DNA of 44,408 nucleotides from Pseudomonadota bacterium (GTDB lineage Bacteria; Pseudomonadota; Gammaproteobacteria; DSM-16500): NCBI GenBank assembly GCA_021807565.1, contig JAKBCU010000003.1, positions 1 to 44,408 of the forward strand, read 5' to 3'. Shown piece by piece: positions 38,563 to 44,408 of this stretch (position 1 is its first letter; each line of letters starts with the position of its first letter). The notes under the pieces were generated by a model. It saw only the letters and a program-made list of their open reading frames with translations, ran no database searches and was not told where the DNA came from. The position numbers and the translations under genes were made by a program.

Positions 38563-39714
38563 TTACACTCCAACAAACCATAATCCCCAGGTTCCAACCA
38601 ATGCATGGGCCAAACTAACCCCTACCAGCGTTCTATGTCTCGCATAAAGCCAGCCAAAATATAACCCTGCAAAAAATACAATCACTGCCAATTGCATTGA
38701 AATAAATAGATGAAACATGCTAAATATTAAATTGGATATCAAGATCGCTTTGGCGGTTTTATGTTTGCCCGTCAGAAACACGTCCAATGGACCTTGCAAC
38801 CCCCCTCTTGCGATCAATTCTTGCAGTGGACAAACAATCAGACAATAAAAAAATAAGGTTAGCCACCACCAAGTGATGCTTGGCATTTGTAGGCTAGAAT
38901 AGGGTTCAAACAAATGGCGATGTGCATAGGCAGGAACCCAATGAATCACAATCCATTTTAAAAGCACGATGAAAAAAAATAGGGGGAGAGTAAAAATAAC
39001 CGCTTCCAAAATGGCATGACGCCAATCTATCAATGTCAATCCAAATGCCTGTGGCGGTAAATGGGACTGTTTGACCATGAAGATGACAACAAATGCAAGC
39101 GCAACAGTCATAGGAAGAGAAATAACAGTGGTGGAGATCACGGCACTGGTCTCGCCGCTTAACCATTTTAATGCAAACACAAATATGCTCATCGCCATGA
39201 GCACATGGACAATAAATGAACTCATCGAGACACGCAATTTATATTCATTAATTTGTTTTTCTAAAATTCGTGTGGTGGTTTCATTCGATTGGCGAAATCT
39301 CTGGCTTAACCCTTTTACAATTTGAGCGATCACTCCATTAAAGCTTTTATCTTTTTCAGCCAAAAAAGTCAGCTCATTAAATGCGATACTGAGTAAGCGG
39401 GCTTTAGTCAGTGCTTTTATAGAGGCAGAACGCGGCCCTCGATCGAATAACGAGACTTCTCCAATGATATCATTCGGTCCCAATCGAGCCAGATCATGAT
39501 TATTTTGTTGAGAGACCTCTTGTTTTTCAACACACATGTCGCCCTCGATAATCACAAAAAAATCGACAGCCACATCTCCTTCTCGAACAAGATAGGTCCC
39601 TGGATTGATATGAATTTCTTTTGAAACACCGAGCAATAATTTCAGTTGTTTCTCTGATAAACCTGAAAATAAATTATTTTTGGCAATCAACTCGTTAAAC
39701 TCAACAAAATTCAT
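38563..39714 (-). CDS. Cyclic-nucleotide-binding domain fused to a polytopic CPBP (CAAX-protease / Abi) intramembrane metalloprotease domain
   Basis: The N-terminus has a cNMP-binding fold with a phosphate-binding cassette GEVSLFDRGPRSASIKA. The C-terminus has the CPBP motifs QELIARG (EExxxR-like), FSMFH (FxxxH) and HALVG (degenerate HxxxN), with six or more transmembrane helices. The start is set at MNFVEFNEL (39714), which has an AGGAG 8 nt upstream. The track start at 39768 is probably too far upstream. Confidence 0.7.
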   Translation of the reverse strand: MNFVEFNELIAKNNLFSGLSEKQLKLLLGVSKEIHINPGTYLVREGDVAVDFFVIIEGDMCVEKQEVSQQNNHDLARLGPNDIIGEVSLFDRGPRSASIKALTKARLLSIAFNELTFLAEKDKSFNGVIAQIVKGLSQRFRQSNETTTRILEKQINEYKLRVSMSSFIVHVLMAMSIFVFALKWLSGETSAVISTTVISLPMTVALAFVVIFMVKQSHLPPQAFGLTLIDWRHAILEAVIFTLPLFFFIVLLKWIVIHWVPAYAHRHLFEPYSSLQMPSITWWWLTLFFYCLIVCPLQELIARGGLQGPLDVFLTGKHKTAKAILISNLIFSMFHLFISMQLAVIVFFAGLYFGWLYARHRTLVGVSLAHALVGTWGLWFVGV

Positions 39715-39832
39715 GTTACCACTCCTGATAAACAAAATTGCAACAACTCCCTCATGAATTCCTGTCAACTACCCCATTATCAAGCTTAAGCCATTTTATT
39801 TAAAACAGCAAATACACCCCATTGGGTAAAAA

Positions 39833-40804
39833 ATGAGCGTCATGTCAATGGATCAATTTTTATTCCAAGAACGTCACATCAAATGTATAATTCTAAAAAC
39901 GCTGCTGACGGAGCAATACGACAAGATGATGCCGAATAACAGTGAACCGCGCTTGCATGACAAGGGTGCCACGATGAGTCTACTGAATCCAGAAAAAAAC
40001 AGCCCTACTGAAGAGCCTGTAATACCCGCTATTTCAGCCAATCTTGAAAAAGCAACTCAGTTGTTACCTCAAGCAAAGTTTATTTCGCATCATCCTAAAG
40101 CCGGCATTAATCCATTAGTCGATTTAGGGGCTTATCTTTTTTCAATTATAGGTAAACTAAAGCAACTTAAATCGTATCGTCATCTGAATAAACTCCATCA
40201 AGAGTTGATGACTGAAATGAATGGATTTCAAGACGCCGCAAAATCCCATGGTTACAGCTCTGAGTATATTTTAGTAAGTCGTTACGCATTATGTGCGACA
40301 ATTGACGATGCCATCATGAACACGCCTTGGGGAACGCAAGGGCAATGGGACAATTACAGCTTGCTTGCCTCTTTCAACCAAGAAGCCTTGCAATACGACA
40401 GATTTTTTTTGATTCTAGAACGCATCATGAAAGATCCTGGTTTATATATAGACTTAATGGAATTTATGTATCTCTGTTTAAGCCTTGGCTTTAAGGGAAA
40501 TTATCGCTCCACGGAATTTGGTCATCATCAGCTAGAACAAATTACCAATACACTTTATAAACATATTCGTGCTCATCAAGGCAGCTTTAACAAAACCCTT
40601 TCGCCCTTTCCAATCAAAACAACTATTGCCAACAAAATGCCTGTCAAAAAAACACCTCTTGGAGTGTTATTCGTCACAACGGCAACCATCGTATTCAGTG
40701 TTTTTATTGGCTTAGGGTATTTGCTTGACACGATTTCTTATCAAGCTCATCAGGAATTAATACGCATTGGAAAATCTTTACTCTATGAAACCCATGATCA
40801 CTAA
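39833..40804 (+). CDS. dotU: DotU/IcmH (TssL-family) inner-membrane protein
   Basis: It has the hallmark DotU motif MEFMYLCLSLGFKGNYR and a single C-terminal transmembrane helix. It is directly upstream of icmF and overlaps it. The N-terminal start is uncertain, with internal Met candidates at MMPNN and MSLLN. Confidence 0.8.
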   Translation: MSVMSMDQFLFQERHIKCIILKTLLTEQYDKMMPNNSEPRLHDKGATMSLLNPEKNSPTEEPVIPAISANLEKATQLLPQAKFISHHPKAGINPLVDLGAYLFSIIGKLKQLKSYRHLNKLHQELMTEMNGFQDAAKSHGYSSEYILVSRYALCATIDDAIMNTPWGTQGQWDNYSLLASFNQEALQYDRFFLILERIMKDPGLYIDLMEFMYLCLSLGFKGNYRSTEFGHHQLEQITNTLYKHIRAHQGSFNKTLSPFPIKTTIANKMPVKKTPLGVLFVTTATIVFSVFIGLGYLLDTISYQAHQELIRIGKSLLYETHDH

Positions 40805-43800
40805 ACGCATCGTATTACAATTAGGCCTATTAACACTGGCTTCCTTACTGATTTGGTTTATAGGCCCTCTTATTTCAATTGCTAACCATTCTTTCTTACA
40901 AGCACCGATTCAACGATGTTATATCATCGCCATGGTTTTCCTGCTTTGGTCATTAATACATCTTTTTTGGCATGATCTTGTTACCAAAAAAACGGTCGCT
41001 CATGCCCCGCCTTCTCCATCTATTTTAAAAAAATTACACTTGCTCCAAAAACGCTTTCAAGGGGCCGTTCTCTTTTTAAAAAAAACGATTATTAACAAGC
41101 ATGGAATCAAAGTTCCTCTAGCAGAGCTGCCTTGGCAGTTAGTCATCGGGCCGAGTGGCGCAGGCAAAACCACATTACTAGCACATTGCGGTATTAATTT
41201 TATTTTAGCAAAACAGTTTAAATTAGAAGACTTATCCAAAATCCCCCCCTCAGAAACTTGTGATTGGTGGGTGACTCGTGATCAAGTATTAATCGATATC
41301 CCAGGAACCTATTGTATTGGGAAAATACAATCATCTGATAAAAATGAAATAGATCAAGGCATGGTTGCGAATTCTCTTTGGCAACACTTACTGCATCTGA
41401 TCTGTGGTTCTAAACAAAAAAAACGGTTGAATAGCGTCATTATTGCCATGCACTTACCCGAACTGATGGCCAAACAACCTAACGAAACGGCATTGAGTCT
41501 CATCCGAGATTTAAGAAACCGCATACTCGATTTAATCCATGCCTTTGGCGCCAACCTCCCCTTTTATCTTGTCATCACTAAATGCGATTTATTGCCCGGC
41601 TTTACTGAATTTTTTGCAGACTCAGGCAGTGATGAGCTGACTCAAGCTTGGGGCATTACGCTTCCACCTCATGACCCAAAAGAAAAACTCAGCGACCTAT
41701 TCATTCATCGTTTTAATGCGTTAATCAAACGGCTAAATAAACAAGTCATTTGGCGTCTTCATCAAGAAAGAAACCCGAATGCTAGACCGTTTATCAAAGA
41801 TTTTCCTTTGCAAATAGAGCGGTTAAAGGACAACATTCACTCTGTATTAAAAACCTTGATGATTCCTCAGTTATCTTTGCAAGGGGTTTATTTAACTAGC
41901 GCGATTCAACCACGCGCAGAAGACAACGCCTTGTATGCATCCTCTCTTGCCAATGCATTTTCACAGCATGCTCTGCAACTAATGCGTCCACCGACTACGC
42001 CGACCCAAACCTATTTTATCAGGCAACTTGTCATGCAAGGCTTGCTAAACACCTCTGAAACGCATGCTACACCAAAACTCCATTTGATCACACCCCGTTG
42101 GGCCCTGTACACGGCGTCCATCGGCCTGATTGCAACGACAGCTTTTTTATTAGGCCATGATTTTGAAAAAAGTATACGAAAAACGTATGCTATTCAAAAT
42201 GAGTTAGCTCATTATCAACTCTCTAGTCAACAATCTCATGCCAGCAATGACCGGTTCATTAAAGTACTACCATTACTGGAGGCGTTACACCAGACATCCG
42301 CGAGCGCAAATCAACGATCAGCATTATTGGCTAATGTATTAACTTTTTATTCTAACAAATCTCAGCAAACAGCCCGCTTAGTCTATCAACAAGCCTTACA
42401 AACCATTCTTGTCCCTGGCGTAAAAACGTTTTTTGAAACGTACTTAAGATCGGCCAATGAAAAAAATCCTGATTCGGTTTACTCGGCTCTTAAAGCCTAT
42501 TTAATGCTGAGTCATCCCAATCAGTTGGATGCTCGTATGATTGCAAACACGTTAAGTCATCTGCTCTCTTCGCCAATCCATAAACAAACCACAATGGAAC
42601 TGGCTAACCATATTGAGATGGCTTTTACCCATTCCCCTCAGGAGATCGTGCTAGATTCTCATCTCATTGCCAACGTCCGCAAACAACTTACCAATTTGCC
42701 GCCTCTTGAATCGGCCATGGTCATTTTAAAAAACATGGCGGATAATAATGAAGATAGCACGATTGGTTTAGGGACCAATCTTGGCACTCCACCGGTTTTT
42801 GTGAGTCAAGAAATTGCAAATAACATTCTCACTATGTTTACTGCCACTCATTTTCAACCGATCGTGACCCAAGAAATAGCGATTGCTGCATCGGAAGCGC
42901 TCAAAGGAAATGGTATTTTGGGCGAGGTATCACCTGGCGTTAATCAACCCGCTATTGAAGCGCTCTCGAATGCATTACGTACACGTTACATCGCGAATTA
43001 TGTCGATCTTTGGGAAAGTCTCATTGCCAATATCCATTTGTATACTCCGAAAGACTTGGCTCAAACCGATCATATGATCATGAATTTAACTGGCAATCAT
43101 TCTCCGCTCCTGGAGTTGCTGAGAACAATAAAAGAAAATACGGCTTTTGCCCCTATCAACACGGAAAGTCCAAAAATTCGAGCATTAACTAACTGGTTGG
43201 ATCAAGCGAACCGTCGCGATCAAAATCCCTTATACCAAATGTTTGTTAGCTCTCAGCAATTGCATCGCTATTTACAAACTGTTTTAACTGCCAGTGATAG
43301 CAATCAAGCGGCATTCAATCTCATCATGAGAAGATTGCAACAATCGGATATCAATAATAATCCGATTGCACAAATTCACGAACTCGCTGATCAAAACCCT
43401 GAACCCATGAAAACTTGGTTTCATGGGATTGCCAATCAAAGTTGGGGATTCATTTTACAAAAGGCCGCGCTGCATATTGATCATGCATGGCAACAATCCA
43501 TCGTGACGGCTTATAATTTACAATTAGCGAATCATTACCCATTTGATCAAACTGCAACGGTTGATGTGAACTTACAGCAATTCATTCAATTTTTGGGTGC
43601 ACACGGCAAACTTTCTTCCTTTGTGCAGACTTACTTGAAACCCTTAATCAATGAAAAAGATCAGACATGGACTTGGCAAGTGATCGATCACCAAAAAATT
43701 CCTTTTTCAGATGTCGCGTTAAGCAAACTGCAACATGCATTTCAATTGCAACGCGCTTTTTTTCCCAATGGGGATAATACCTTATTTGTTCCGTTTACAT

Positions 43801-44174
43801 TGCATCCTGTATCGCTGGAACCGGATATGAAAAGCTTCACATTGAATATTAATGGGCAACAGGTGACATATCAAAAAGGCGAAGCACGTTCATCACGTTT
43901 ATTAACTTGGCCTGGTACGAATACACTACATGAAACCACGCTGCATTTTATCACACCAAACAATCAACTCATTGGTGACACGATAGAAGGAAATTGGGCA
44001 TGGTTTCGATTGGTGAATAAGGCCACTGAAAGTATCAACACGCGAAAAGAATTATTATTAAACTTTAGAATCAATGGACATTCCGCCACTTATTTACTCT
44101 ATACTGAAGGTCATACGAATCCTTTCTTACCTCTTAACTTAAGCCGTTTTGAGATACCACAGGAATTGATTTGA
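40785..44174 (+). CDS. icmF: IcmF (TssM-family) inner-membrane NTPase
   Basis: It has an N-terminal transmembrane hairpin, Walker A (VIGPSGAGKTTLL), a third transmembrane segment and a large periplasmic C-domain. About 1130 aa. The ATG at 40785 overlaps the dotU stop, whereas the track uses a TTG at 40767. Confidence 0.85.
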   Translation: MKPMITKRIVLQLGLLTLASLLIWFIGPLISIANHSFLQAPIQRCYIIAMVFLLWSLIHLFWHDLVTKKTVAHAPPSPSILKKLHLLQKRFQGAVLFLKKTIINKHGIKVPLAELPWQLVIGPSGAGKTTLLAHCGINFILAKQFKLEDLSKIPPSETCDWWVTRDQVLIDIPGTYCIGKIQSSDKNEIDQGMVANSLWQHLLHLICGSKQKKRLNSVIIAMHLPELMAKQPNETALSLIRDLRNRILDLIHAFGANLPFYLVITKCDLLPGFTEFFADSGSDELTQAWGITLPPHDPKEKLSDLFIHRFNALIKRLNKQVIWRLHQERNPNARPFIKDFPLQIERLKDNIHSVLKTLMIPQLSLQGVYLTSAIQPRAEDNALYASSLANAFSQHALQLMRPPTTPTQTYFIRQLVMQGLLNTSETHATPKLHLITPRWALYTASIGLIATTAFLLGHDFEKSIRKTYAIQNELAHYQLSSQQSHASNDRFIKVLPLLEALHQTSASANQRSALLANVLTFYSNKSQQTARLVYQQALQTILVPGVKTFFETYLRSANEKNPDSVYSALKAYLMLSHPNQLDARMIANTLSHLLSSPIHKQTTMELANHIEMAFTHSPQEIVLDSHLIANVRKQLTNLPPLESAMVILKNMADNNEDSTIGLGTNLGTPPVFVSQEIANNILTMFTATHFQPIVTQEIAIAASEALKGNGILGEVSPGVNQPAIEALSNALRTRYIANYVDLWESLIANIHLYTPKDLAQTDHMIMNLTGNHSPLLELLRTIKENTAFAPINTESPKIRALTNWLDQANRRDQNPLYQMFVSSQQLHRYLQTVLTASDSNQAAFNLIMRRLQQSDINNNPIAQIHELADQNPEPMKTWFHGIANQSWGFILQKAALHIDHAWQQSIVTAYNLQLANHYPFDQTATVDVNLQQFIQFLGAHGKLSSFVQTYLKPLINEKDQTWTWQVIDHQKIPFSDVALSKLQHAFQLQRAFFPNGDNTLFVPFTLHPVSLEPDMKSFTLNINGQQVTYQKGEARSSRLLTWPGTNTLHETTLHFITPNNQLIGDTIEGNWAWFRLVNKATESINTRKELLLNFRINGHSATYLLYTEGHTNPFLPLNLSRFEIPQELI

Positions 44175-44408
44175 TGCTGTTTTTGTATATCTAACGTCAG
44201 TAAAAAAATTATTATTATCCAATCCTGCAACAGCACGTGATATGTTAAATTTATACTTATTTTATCTATTGTTGATTTACATGTAACGCGAATTCCGGAT
44301 AAGCTCAATGCTATTTCTGTCATGCCAGCATGATTTTAGCTGGCATCCAGTGTCTTTATGAGTCTTATAAAATAGAGTTGTACAGATCATTCCAATATGG
44401 ATTATTTT

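Noticed and set aside
1-44408. CRISPR arrays, IS elements or transposases, prophage genes, toxin-antitoxin pairs
   Set aside because: I saw no tandem repeat-spacer structure, no transposase or integrase-like ORF, and no small paired ORFs with TA character anywhere in the window.

Overview
This window looks like an AT-rich (roughly 38-40% GC by eye) chromosomal segment from a Legionella-like gammaproteobacterium (Legionellales). The main evidence is a dotU(icmH)-icmF pair, Lsp-type type II secretion core genes (gspD-gspE-gspF), a ProA/Msp-like M4 zinc metalloprotease and many divergent or overlapping operons. Most of the window is core respiratory and DNA-repair housekeeping. A caa3-type cytochrome c oxidase locus is split into two divergent halves: coxC plus a tetraheme cytochrome c on the minus strand, and coxB-coxA-ctaG-surf1-ctaA-ctaB-sco-tlpA-cytochrome c on the plus strand. 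There is also a cydA-cydB-cydX cytochrome bd operon, sbcB, xthA, asmA, a tRNA-Gly(CCC) and two MFS transporters. The accessory content is the most interesting part. (1) A 904-aa protein has the repeat / shoulder / cap-helix architecture and local sequence motifs of the eukaryotic major vault protein (MVP). (2) A cyclic-nucleotide-binding domain is fused to a CPBP/Abi-type intramembrane protease, directly upstream of a secreted NlpC/P60-like Cys/His hydrolase. (3) A 750-aa coiled-coil orphan is wedged between the two cox halves. (4) A 168-aa orphan lies between xthA and coxC. (5) At the left edge, an ArnT/PMT-like GT-C glycosyltransferase (truncated by the window and absent from the ORF track) diverges from an FAD-oxidoreductase + galE pair. 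The ORF track also misses the 30-aa cydX. I found no CRISPR array, transposase or obvious prophage.
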